DNA of 63,966 bases, counting the filler, from Octopus bimaculoides (lineage: Eukaryota), in the NCBI RefSeq assembly GCF_001194135.2. It is 4 parts of 3 records of this genome, joined end to end, with 100 filler letters (N's around TTAATTAATTAA, not from the genome) between each part and the next. Parts side by side here need not be neighbours in the genome. Positions count along the whole stretch, not along the records: positions 31,626 to 55,113 come from NC_068983.1; positions 55,214 to 62,088 come from NC_068989.1; positions 62,189 to 63,966 come from NW_026410906.1; 1 more part is not named here. One strand, given 5' to 3'. Shown here piece after piece: positions 53,081 to 63,966 of this stretch. Position numbers and translations under genes: made by a program. Under the pieces are notes generated by a model. The model had not been told where the DNA came from and made no database searches. It saw only the letters and a list, made by a program, of their open reading frames with translations. How positions within the stretch are numbered: position 1 is the stretch's first letter; every line of letters begins with the position of its first letter.

Positions 53081-53452
53081 CATACATATATATATATATA
53101 TATGTATGCATGTATATATGTATATATAAACACACACACGCATATACGTTATATACATGTAAACACATACATTCACACATTCAAACGTGTTCATGGTTTA
53201 GTATGAGTGTGGGAATGAGTATGTGTGTGTGTATACCTGCATGTATGTATATCTGTGTGTGTGTGTACGAGTATGTGTGTGTGTGAGTAAATAATTGTAT
53301 GATTTGGCCATAAAGTTATTTCTCGTGGAATCTGCCACTTAAACGTGACGAAGATAATACATATTAATCTAACCTGTTAGTGGAATTTGGAAGAGATTTC
53401 TAGTGTTTTAAAACGGATGTAGACTTCAATCTCTTTGAAGTGAAACCTAAAG

Positions 53453-53519
<67 letters not shown>

Positions 53520-53531
53520 GATGATGATGAT

Positions 53532-53573
<42 letters not shown>

Positions 53574-53593
53574 AATAATAATAATAATAATAA

Positions 53594-53937
53594 GATGGGA
53601 AGAATAAGAAATGCTTAATGATTAATGTGACAGTAGCATCGGAGAGAAATGTGTCCATTAAAGAAGTCGAGAAGTTATTTAAGTACAAAGACCTAGAAAT
53701 AGAAGTGACCAAGATGTGGGGAATGAAAAGCAGCACAGCACCAGTGGTGATTGGAGCGTTAGGGCTAATTAAAGAGGGCCTTGATAAGCAGCTAATCAAA
53801 CTCCCTTGCAGTGTTAACGTGGGAGAACTTCAGAAAATAGTGTTAGTAGGTTCCGCACACATTTTACGCCCCGTTTACTCTCCATGAGATGAGGACCTGC
53901 TGTGACCCTAGAGTCAAGGGATGACCCCGGTTCAGCA

Positions 53938-53938
<1 letters not shown>
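53594..53938 (+). mobile_element. Dong/R4-like retrotransposon, 5'-truncated RLE end plus 3' UTR
   Basis: INVTVASERNVSIKEVEKLFKYKDLEIEVTKMWGMK..PVVIGALG..LQKIVLVGSAHILR, flanked both sides by (AAT)n. Confidence 0.8.
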
Positions 53939-53991
<53 letters not shown>

Positions 53992-54025
53992 TAATAATAA
54001 TAATCATACTCATAATAATAATAAT

Positions 54026-54330
54026 GGAATATCAATGAAATAAAGAAAATTGACCGGAAAATACGTAAACTGCTTACTTGCATTAAGATACACTACCCAA
54101 AGGCAAGCGTAGATCATCTTTGCTTTCCTAGTGTCTGAGGCTTTCCCCAGTTTGAACTCTCCTACAAAACCATCACAACTGGACTGGCTAAATATCTTGA
54201 AACATTTAACGACGGGATGCTAAAACTCGTTGAAAATCATGAGAGGCTCAAGAAGCTTCATTGTGTTATAAAGGAGAGCAAAAACTTTGCTATTGAGTTC
54301 ATGCATAATACCTAGGTTGAACTGCACAAT
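54026..54330 (+). mobile_element. Dong/R4-like RT thumb fragment
   Basis: WNINEIKKIDRKIRKLLT...HYPKASVDHL matches the typical W..EL..LDRKTRKLLT..HHPK.D.DRLY region. Confidence 0.7.
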
Positions 54331-55399
54331 GAAAGTGCAGTAGGTGTTTCAACAATAAAAGTAACGCGTACTCAGAGCTGACTGATTGTGGCTCCGAAGA
54401 AACTATAGGATGTTGCACAATCACTCAGCTTTTTGTGCATTACTTATAAGAAAAACAACTGTAATATAAAACGGAAATACGTAGCACCTATATTAACGTC
54501 TACAGAGAGATGAAATACAAAGTTTGATGCGGTGCGGGGTTTGAACCAAGTACATATATCTCTGTTATTAGATACTCCAAATCTGGTGCTCTACAGTTTC
54601 TCAAATTCAAAATGGCTGTAGTTTTTGCTTATATCTGTTGACATTACAATGTATTTTTCCTCTATCAGATGTAAAAAAAATATACAGCAAAATTCATGAA
54701 AACAAGCAAATAAACCAAGTGTCTTTATGGCTTTTATTTATTGCAGAGTTTCATACATGCTATCTTGTTAGATTAAAGCTGAGCTGAAAATACGCTTTAC
54801 ACTTTATGTACAGTAATCTTCTGGGTAAATCTCCATCTATTAACAACTATACAGAAATATAGCACGGCTATAATCGTCATAAAGGCATACAACCTGAACT
54901 CATTTTAGGTAAGGTCAATACTGAAAGTCAACATCTCTTAGTATGTATATTTTTTCTTTCGTTTTTCTTTAATCTATACACTTTTAGAAATCAACTGCCA
55001 GCATTATTTTCAGTTTGCGTCTGTTGATAAACAAGAAAGCCATTCATGCAAATTCCATGTGATTCGAAGCGTGTTTAATCCCGAAATAGTGTTATTGGCG
55101 GCTTCAGGGAGATNNNNNNNNNNNNNNNNNNNNNNNNNNNNNNNNNNNNNNNNNNNNTTAATTAATTAANNNNNNNNNNNNNNNNNNNNNNNNNNNNNNN
55201 NNNNNNNNNNNNNATATATATATATATATACGACGGGCTTCTTTCTGTTTCCGTATACTAAATTTACTCACAAAGCTTTGCTTCACCCGAGGCTATAGTA
55301 AAAGACACTCAAGTTGACGCACAATGAGACTGATCCAGGGGCCATGCATTTGCGAAGCAAGCATCTTACCACACAACTGCGCCAGCTGAATTTTAATAT

Positions 55400-55950
55400 T
55401 TGTAATTCTTTGGTGTTGGGTGAAAGAAGGGAGACACTGATAACCATTGATATCTGTCATTTTATAACAATGTATGTAATTGATGTAGGGATGCAATCGA
55501 TGTAGGTATGTAAATATGATGTCATCAGTGTATGCTTAGGGAAAGTGCTAGAATGTTGTGGAGGAATGGGTTTAAAGGTGTTGATGACAGAACAGAACTT
55601 TGTGGTGATCTGATTGAAAAGCTGTATATTCTCGAAGTGGTGATTCACCACTTGAGCGATAGTTTCATGTGGATTCAGGATTCAGAAGAGAATGTTACGC
55701 ATTTTGTCCGTAAGTGCAAAACAGGAAATGGAGCGTGTGGAAAAGTTTAAACAGATGTTGATGACTGTTATCTCTGAGTGTTTGTTCCTACTGAATCTGC
55801 TGTGTGGGTGTTGGAGTTATAAGTAGATTGGTGGTTACGTGAAGAAAGCAACATTTGAGTTGCGGTTTAGTAAGGAAGTAATGTCGATTGATGTCAAGGT
55901 TGAGTGGCTATTGTTCGGTTTTTAGAATTGTTAATGTTTTCAAATTTTCG
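55400..55950 (-). mobile_element. Highly decayed non-LTR RT fragment
   Basis: Fragments PLNPFLHNIL and AYTDDII (YxDD) across a frameshift. Confidence 0.4.
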
Positions 55951-56022
55951 TAGTTTATGAACATAACAGCTTTTTACAAGTAGTGTGTATGTATGTGTGT
56001 GTGTATATATATTTATATATAC

Positions 56023-56056
<34 letters not shown>

Positions 56057-56479
56057 NNNNNNNNNNNNNNNNNNNNNNNNNNNNNNNNNNNNNNNNNNNN
56101 NNNNNNNNNNNNNNNNNNNNNNNNNNNNNNNNNNNNNNNNNNNNNNNNNNNNNNNNNNNNNNNNNNNNNNNNNNNNNNNNNNNNNNNNNNNNNNNNNNNN
56201 NNNNNNNNNNNNNNNNNNNNNNNNNNNNNNNNNNNNNNNNNNNNNNNNNNNNNNNNNNNNNNNNNNNNNNNNNNNNNNNNNNNNNNNNNNNNNNNNNNNN
56301 CAGAAAATTTATGCCTTTTAAGTTATGTGAGTTAGTTGAAAAATCTGGAATTGAATGTGAATATGTAAAACCAACAACAACAACAACAGCAGCAACTTCA
56401 AATATTTGGACATTCTTCCCATATAATATTTAAAAGTTGATTCTCCTTCCAGGTAAATGCAGGTATGCATTGCAAGACA

Positions 56480-56740
56480 CAAAATCTCATATAAAGCATA
56501 ACCTACCCCAGTTGCAAAGAAAATATTGGTGAAACCAAGAATTCTCTTTGTCAACGTGCAAAGATCCACCGACGAAAAGACTCATGCACGATTCTGCTGA
56601 GTAAGCATCTGGAAATGTGTGGAAACAACAGATACAAGATCTTTCACCTCTGCAAATGCTCGAGGGATAACCCAAAGTACCGCAAGACAATGGAACTATA
56701 TTTTACCAAGAGCTTCTTACCTAAACTAAACGTATATATA
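56480..56740 (+). mobile_element. Penelope-like GIY-YIG endonuclease fragment
   Basis: KNLI*SITYPSCKENIGETKNSLCQRAKIHR...SKHLEMCG...RKTMELYF...PKLN. Confidence 0.7.
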
Positions 56741-57135
56741 AAAAGATATATTTATGAATACATGAGAAATCCTTATAGAAATCTCTTCTTCAATGTTACT
56801 AAAAAAATGGAAAAATTCACTTTTCTACAACTGGGTAACATGATTAAATTCAATAACTATAAGAAAATTGACCTCTTGAATTATTATCAGTTTGAACCAT
56901 CCCAGGAAAAAAAATCCTTTCTTCATATGGGTAGTATAAAATTGACCAAAAAATACAATGCAATTTCAATCATCTCATAAAATGACCCTTTCGTTCTTTC
57001 CTTTACATTTTATTTCCCCTCTAACGAAGCCTCCAAAAATCACCGCGCATACATACTTACACACACATACAAACACACACACACACACTCACATATAGAC
57101 ACACAGACACACACACACGCGCACGCACACACACT

Positions 57136-57166
<31 letters not shown>

Positions 57167-57281
57167 ATACACACACATATACACGTACACACAAATTCAA
57201 AATAACAAAGAACATTCTCTTTATAATTCAACTCCAGATTTTTTCTTCAAACTCATATGTATTTTAGGGTCCATAATTTTA

Positions 57282-58052
57282 GGGTACCGTCCGTGAGAAA
57301 ACAAAACCATGACGCAATTCACTCTGCCAGAAATTTAGAAACGACATGCTGTACTGCTTGGAAGCACCAATACGAATAGATGGCGAATACACAGAGCAAC
57401 CGTTCGCTTGCTGTGACACCAAACCATGTATCAAAAGTGATAACAATCAAACATCCAGTCAACATCATGGTGTTTGGAGTGATCACTACACTAGTGATGG
57501 CAGCTTTATGCCTCCATTCATCTTCCCACGCGGCCTCAGACACAGAGGCCTGCATCAAGTGCCTGGAAGTGGTAGTGTTGCCCTGGGTGAAGAGAGGAGC
57601 TACTGGAAGACCCTATATCTGGCAACAGGACTCTGCACCATGCAACACAAGTAGGAGAACCCAGTCATGGTTGTTAGACAATTTCTGCGACTATATTATC
57701 CCTAACAACTGGCCACTTAACTCCCCACACTGCAACTCCCCTGATTATTATGTGTGTGGTGCACTTGAGCGAGAGATCAACAAAACTCTTTGTAACGGCA
57801 AAGATGACGGAAGGGAAGGATTATGGCAGCATTCACCAACTTTAAAAAGGAGAGCATCCAAAAGAGTTTCAGCAGATTCCGAAGTTGTCCGGAGACCGTT
57901 GATAAAGCCAAATGGCAATTTTATTAAATAAATTTACACCTTAGTATTTCATGATATTTTTATGTAATTTTGGTAAATATATGTTAAAATGAGATGTCAG
58001 TGTTATTTTCATATTTCCGTAATTTAGACGACAATATATTCACTGCACCCTG
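57282..58052 (+). mobile_element. maT (DD37D) Tc1/mariner transposon, internally deleted, 5' TIR missing
   Basis: WQQDSAP...WPLNSPHCNSPDYY with 37 residues between the second and third D. 3' end ...cactgcaccctg followed by TA. Confidence 0.8.
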
Positions 58053-58249
58053 TATACACACACACACACACACACACAGTTAATGAGTCCAGATTTGACT
58101 CCAATTTCTTCAATTTTATATTCAAACACGAGGAATGTCCAAATTTAACTTGGAAGTATATTATATTACTGCCGATAGTACTGGGTAATTCTAAAGGTGG
58201 ACGAGCTTTATATTATAGTCTACCTTTTTTCTAACGGAATATAACATAT

Positions 58250-58398
<149 letters not shown>

Positions 58399-59717
58399 AC
58401 TTTCCCATCGAAGACGACGTATTAGCGTTCAGCTTATTGATTTGTTTATAGTTATCGAATGTTGGACATCGCTTTTATTTAAAATTCTTTAATCGTGGAG
58501 TTCATATCCCAAGTAGAAGAACTGATGAATTTGAAGAATAAAAACTCTTTTAGCTACTAACATTTTGTATTCACTAAAAACTACTTTTTTTATTGAATGT
58601 ATATTTGGAAATACCAAATATACCATTGACACAGTTTTTAATAATAACAATCAAGTTACAGTACCTAATAGTGAAAAAAGAAAGTTTGTGAAAGACGTAA
58701 TAGGCATACGTTTCACAAGCTAATAATTGTCTAACTGAAATCAATTTTAGATACGTTGAACTAGCTGATCTCACCACATAAAAAGTTAATGAAGAAAGAG
58801 AACTGATATGTGATGAGTACCACACATCACACATACTGTCTATTGCTCCTTATGAAAACGGAAGAGATTATAGAAGACCCTGAATTTCTAAGAATGACAC
58901 TGTTTAAGTGATAATGGGGAACAAGCCCAATGACACACTCACGCAGATATTTACACATACACACGCACACACGCATGCACACACACACACACACACACAC
59001 ATACACACGCATACACGACGGGCTTCTTCCAGTTTCTAGCAACCAAGTTCAACATTTTGGCAGGATGGGGCTATAGTTGAAGATACTTGCTCAAGTACCG
59101 CTCTATGGGACTGAACTCGAGACCACGTAGTTTGAAAGAAGCCTCTTATCACACAACCACGTCTGCCCTTATCCATACAGCTATTCTTGTGCCTATTTTA
59201 TCTCAATACAAAGCATTGTTGAAAATGATAATTGGTCAGAGGGGAAAACATGAGAGGCTTTCAAATAAAACGTACACTTAAAGTAGGTTGGAGAAATATT
59301 TCCGTTTTTATGACTTCTCCTTTTTCATTTCATTACATCTGTTCTTGAAAACGTCAGTACAATCAAATTAACTATAAACTCCCTCTTAATCGTGGGTTGC
59401 ATACTTAAAATAAAACTACTTAGATATTGTGTTGATATTTAAACCTCTTCATAAGTGGACTGAATTCAGGTTCATAATTTAGAGTTGTTATATTCTGCAT
59501 AGGGATTTAAGTTCTTTACAAGCTATATTTACTTTTCTAAATCTGTTGTTGTTCAGCTCCGGTTCATATCAACATGGAGTAAACCTTCGATGAAAGGCAA
59601 CAGTAATCATCGTGTCATCTATTCAGTCATGATATATTTACTATCTTATTACCGGATATTTTCACCATTTTTGAAAGGAGATCAGTGCAATTTGAAATGG
59701 ATTTGACAGCTGTGTAT

Positions 59718-59938
59718 ACCTTTAGCATTCAGATAATTCTGTAAAATGCAATGCTGATTTATTCACATTAATTTGAATTAATCATGCACTGTCTTCTGGC
59801 TTGAAAATTTTGATAACGTGATTGTTTCGTTTACTTTTTACATTGACAGTAAGTTTGAACTGTTGAATCGGGCCAGTTTGAACATAAAAAGGCAGAATAT
59901 ATTGGTCGGAAGTGGCCGGTTTAAATGCTAAAGGGTTA
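59718..59938. mobile_element. Same MITE family
   Basis: cctttagcattcag ... aaatgctaaagggtt. Confidence 0.65.
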
Positions 59939-60659
59939 GAGTAACTAGGGGGACCACATGGGAGTTCATTAGTAAGCTCTAAAAGGTTTTCTTGAAACTT
60001 GATGACATTAATAATCCAATTTGTCATTTGCGTTAGCGAATGACATTTATTTTTCGATATATTCATTCTGTAGCTAGTAGCTTAACGGATTGAACTTGAT
60101 CAAGTGAAAAATACCAGATGGAGCATCAGCCCAAATATAATCAGAGTCAATCACTATTTATTACCAATAGCAGTTGAGCTCTTCTTGTTTCGTGAAGAGT
60201 AACTTCAGTCTTGAAATAATATCAAAATCAAATAGATTGAGAAGATAATTCATTTTATGTTACACCGTATTGGAACATTTAAAGGTCCTGGAAGTTATCT
60301 GACGAAGCAGATCTCCAAGGAAAATCACAGAACAAAATACAGCTTTTGTGCTTTGGTCCTTTTTACCGTTGGTTTATCAGCCTTGCTGGTTTCGAAGAAT
60401 GCTAGTATACAGCTAAATCCTGTACCAACGAGATTTTTGTCATTCAAGTAAGAATCGGAAAATAAGAAAACGGCATTTTTATCCGTTAAAATCAATAGTC
60501 ATTTTTTATTTTTTATTTTTAGATGCATGCAGACAACAACAAATAATACCTGAAGGTATTACATCAAATATTCCAATGTGTGCAACACAGTTTTTTTTTT
60601 TATTCATTGCTTCAAAACTGATTTGTAAGAGTAATTCGTTTCAGATAATGGATACTATT

Positions 60660-61351
60660 ATTTAACACAACAGTTCGAAGTTAGTTTCGCTTGGTGCATA
60701 CATTAATAAGAATGTGAGTCAGACCGATTCCATCAAAAATTATCACAGAAATGTTATGATTTACACAAGGAAGTACCTGAAAGGTTTCCCCTTTGATGTA
60801 ATCAGCGGAATGCACCAAACACAAAATGATTTATGCTGGTTGCACAACAGAACGATTGAAAAAAAGATGTAACGGACATAGGTACGACGTCAGGTACAAT
60901 AAATGTGGTTCCACGGAACTTGCGGAGCATTTCCCATCAAACGGGTGTAAATTTCAGGACCTGAAAGTGCACATTCTCAACAATACCCTCACTACACTGC
61001 ACGTTCAGTCCTCAAAACCCATGAGGATAGATATATTTGTGGGCTGTTGACATCGCAGCCTAGAGGAATTAATAAAATGGAAGGTGAATTCCATCATATT
61101 TATACTAAACTTTTTGGCTTAATATTTTCTTTCTCCAATTCTTTTATTTATTTCTGCTTTTTTTTTTTAATTCCTTTTTTCCTTCTCTTACTTTTTGTGG
61201 AAGACCGAAAACTGATGACGTCCTTTTCTTGGAAAGAAAGGCAGTTTTTCCGGTTCAATTTTGAATGTTTCAGCGTTCCCTATCTTTGAATTTAATTTGG
61301 TTTTATATTTTGAACTTGTAAAAGAAACACGGAGTGTCGAATTAGTGTTCA
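60660..61351 (+). mobile_element. Penelope-like element 3' end (GIY-YIG and pLTR region)
   Basis: ECTKHKMIYAGCTTERLKKRCNGHRYD...ELAEHF and EDRYICGLLTSQPRGIN, followed by a T-rich 3' region. Confidence 0.75.
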
Positions 61352-61402
61352 TTCGTTTCATTTTCATTTTGATAAACTGAGTCAATCTCTATTTATTACT
61401 AA

Positions 61403-62088
61403 CTAGCAGAAATACCCGGCTTTGCCCGGGTTAAAGAGAATAATGAAATCTAAAAACGCCGTCTAGACTACGCAACCTTCAACTGTTAGTAGCTACGATA
61501 CCATATTTCTAAATTAATAACTCTCCAATCCATGCCAGTATGGAACATAGACATTAAGTAGAATGCTAGAAGAAAGTTTTCAACCCATATCTATATAAAG
61601 TAAATACACGTAATTCAGAAATACGTTTTGTGTATTTTATTTCGTAACCAAACAAACAGGCACAGATTATAAATAATGAAAGGCCAATTTAGGTGATTCA
61701 TTTCACAGAGGTAGTAGAGAGACAATGTGATGATAAATCTGAGGTTGGATCTTGAAAGTCTGAATGAATGCTGCCTCAGTTAAATCTCTTGTGGTTCCAA
61801 ATGATGTCATCTGTAGTACAGCGTCGTATTGTCTAATTTTGTTTTGCAAATGTTAGGAATCTTGGTCAGTTGATGATAACAGTTTCTTCAATAGCTCTGG
61901 AGGTTGGGAATTGTGGAATTGTTGGGAATGTTTTTAACTTTGGTGTTGTATGTATTGCTTGAATTTCTTTGACATATGAAATATATGTATTGTCACTGGG
62001 TTTGTAAAAAAGAGTTGTGTAGTTCTCGAGTTTTAGGGATTCACACAGACACACAGACAGACAGACACACATTCTCATCTTTATATAT
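61403..62088 (-). mobile_element. Non-autonomous Helitron (Lep1-like architecture)
   Basis: Minus strand begins atatataaagatgagaatgtgtgtctgtctgtc ((CTGT)n) and ends with hairpin cccgg-gcaaag-ccggg then CTAG followed by T. Confidence 0.75.
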
Positions 62089-62279
62089 NNNNNNNNNNNN
62101 NNNNNNNNNNNNNNNNNNNNNNNNNNNNNNNNTTAATTAATTAANNNNNNNNNNNNNNNNNNNNNNNNNNNNNNNNNNNNNNNNNNNNATATATATAATA
62201 TACACATACATGTATACATGCATATCCATTTATAATGGTCACCCTCCTCTATTAATCTGTTTCATTTGTTTGTTTGCAG

Positions 62280-62353
62280 TGAGTTGCGGCGGAGGATATT
62301 TTAATTACATTGTTGTCTGTGAATGGGTCCCTGCAAAACGAGGGGCAAGGTGA
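62280..62353 (+). CDS. Candidate (terminal?) exon of an unidentified plus-strand gene (SCGGGYFNYIVVCEWVPAKRGAR*)
   Basis: Strong acceptor ctgtttcatttgtttgtttgcag| followed by a short open frame. Alternative donor aag|gtgacg just before the stop. Confidence 0.3.
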
Positions 62354-62449
62354 CGCCTGTATAATAACAGTGATTAACAACGTCTACCAACAGCAGAATT
62401 GTTTGGCATTATTCATTCTGAGGGTTAACAGTCTGACTGCTATCCATTC

Positions 62450-62507
<58 letters not shown>

Positions 62508-63323
62508 TTACCTATCTATCTCTACCTGAGCGAATATACTCCACCATATATATNNNNNNNNNNNNNNNNNNNNNNNNNNNNNNNNNNNNNNNNNNNNNNN
62601 NNNNNNNNNNNNNNNNNNNNNNNNNNNNNNNNNNNNNNNNNNNNNNNNNNNNNNNNNNNNNNNNNNNNNNNNNNNNNNNNNNNNNNNNNNNNNNNNNNNN
62701 NNNNNNNNNNNNNNNNNNNNNNNNNNNNNNNNNNNNNNNNNNNNNNNNNNNNNNNNNNNNNNNNNNNNNNNNNNNNNNNNNNNNNNNNNNNNNNNNNNNN
62801 NNNNNNNNNNNNNNNNNNNNNNNNNNNNNNNNNNNNNNNNNNNNNNNNNNNNNNNNNNNNNNNNNNNNNNNNNNNNNNNNNNNNNNNNNNNNNNNNNNNN
62901 NNNNNNNNNNNNNNNNNNNNNNNNNNNNNNNNNNNNNNNNNNNNNNNNNNNNNNNNNNNNNNNNNNNNNNNNNNNNNNNNNNNNNNNNNNNNNNNNNNNN
63001 NNNNNNNNNNNNNNNNNNNNNNNNNNNNNNNNNNNNNNNNNNNNNNNNNNNNNNNNNNNNNNNNNNNNNNNNNNNNNNNNNNNNNNNNNNNNNNNNNNNN
63101 NNNNNNNNNNNNNNNNNNNNNNNNNNNNNNNNNNNNNNNNNNNNNNNNNNNNNNNNNNNNNNNNNNNNNNNNNNNNNNNNNNNNNNNNNNNNNNNNNNNN
63201 NNNNNNNNNNNNNNNNNNNNNNNNNNNNNNNNNNNNNNNNNNNNNNNNNNNNNNNNNNNNNNNNNNNNNNNNNNNNNNNNNNNNNNNNNNNNNNNNNNNN
63301 NNNNNNNNNNNNNNNNNNNNNNN

Positions 63324-63372
<49 letters not shown>

Positions 63373-63600
63373 TATAAGTATCTATATGTGTAAGATCCAG
63401 GGATCGAAGTTAAGAATAAAAAATTAACTTCAAGCAATCCTTAGTAAATATTAAAAAACATACAGCTTTCATGGATAATAGTCGATTATTAAGACGAGAT
63501 GTTGTGTATTTGTCTCGTATCTAAGAACGACAAGCTGAAAAATATTCTTATAATATTCCACAATAGGCCAACAGGGTCGCCAAGTGTACTAATAAGAAAA

Positions 63601-63788
63601 CAAGAGTTATGGAATGGAGTAGGTAAGATCCGGGCTGCTTATGTTTCGTAGCGACCGGGAACTCAAAAATGGTAAAAATCCAAGCGAGGTGCATACCACC
63701 GGTTACTCTTCAAGCCAAGGATATCTTACTTAAATTAAAGATTACATATGTAGTCCGGATCTTACATACTCCATCCCGTAACTCTTGT
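63601..63788. mobile_element. MITE-like element with 44-bp imperfect TIRs
   Basis: caagagttatggaatggagtaggtaagatccgggctgcttatgt vs rc of acatatgtagtccggatcttacatactccatcccgtaactcttg. Confidence 0.6.
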
Positions 63789-63799
63789 ATATATAAGTG

Positions 63800-63966
63800 C
63801 AGGAGTAGTAGCTGTGAAGTAAGTAGATTGCTTACCAACTACATGGTTCCGGGTTCAGTCCCACTTCGTGTCACCTTGGGTAAGTGTCTTCTACTATAGC
63901 TCGTGCCGACAAAAGCTTTGTGAGTGGATTTGGTAGATGGAAACCGTAGGTAGCCCGTCGTATATA
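63800..63966 (+). mobile_element. SINE family A, head (runs off window)
   Basis: ggagtagtagctgtgaagtaag..ggttccgggttcagtccc. Confidence 0.8.

Overview
AT-rich, microsatellite-dense animal genomic DNA with many N gaps. The repeat families and (TA/CA/TATG)n load point to a cephalopod, most likely Octopus (inference). One gene is clearly identifiable: an intact, intronless casein kinase I alpha ORF (12367-13338, +) with a compact ETS/NRF1/TATA/YY1-type promoter. Manual splice-site reading gives phase-compatible minus-strand exons (23595-23551, 23379-23257, 16896-16711, 13862-13685, possibly continuing at 12127) of an unidentified host gene. On that model CK1alpha sits antisense inside a ~1.5 kb host intron, and its first AATAAA lies inside a host exon. 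The rest is mostly mobile DNA: three or more tRNA-derived SINE families, an RTE LINE, two R4/Dong-like RLE retrotransposon families, a split Tol2/hobo-like hAT, mariner and maT (DD37D) remnants, piggyBac-type MITEs, a non-autonomous Helitron and two Penelope GIY-YIG fragments. The most unusual signal is a set of minimal type I hammerhead ribozyme motifs (5440, 6378/6488, 23084, 35933, 43124, perhaps 61311) in short elements beside (TA)n tracts, one forming a head-to-head palindrome, plus several other fold-back palindromes. All calls were made by eye. No alignment, folding or database search was run, and repeat boundaries are approximate.
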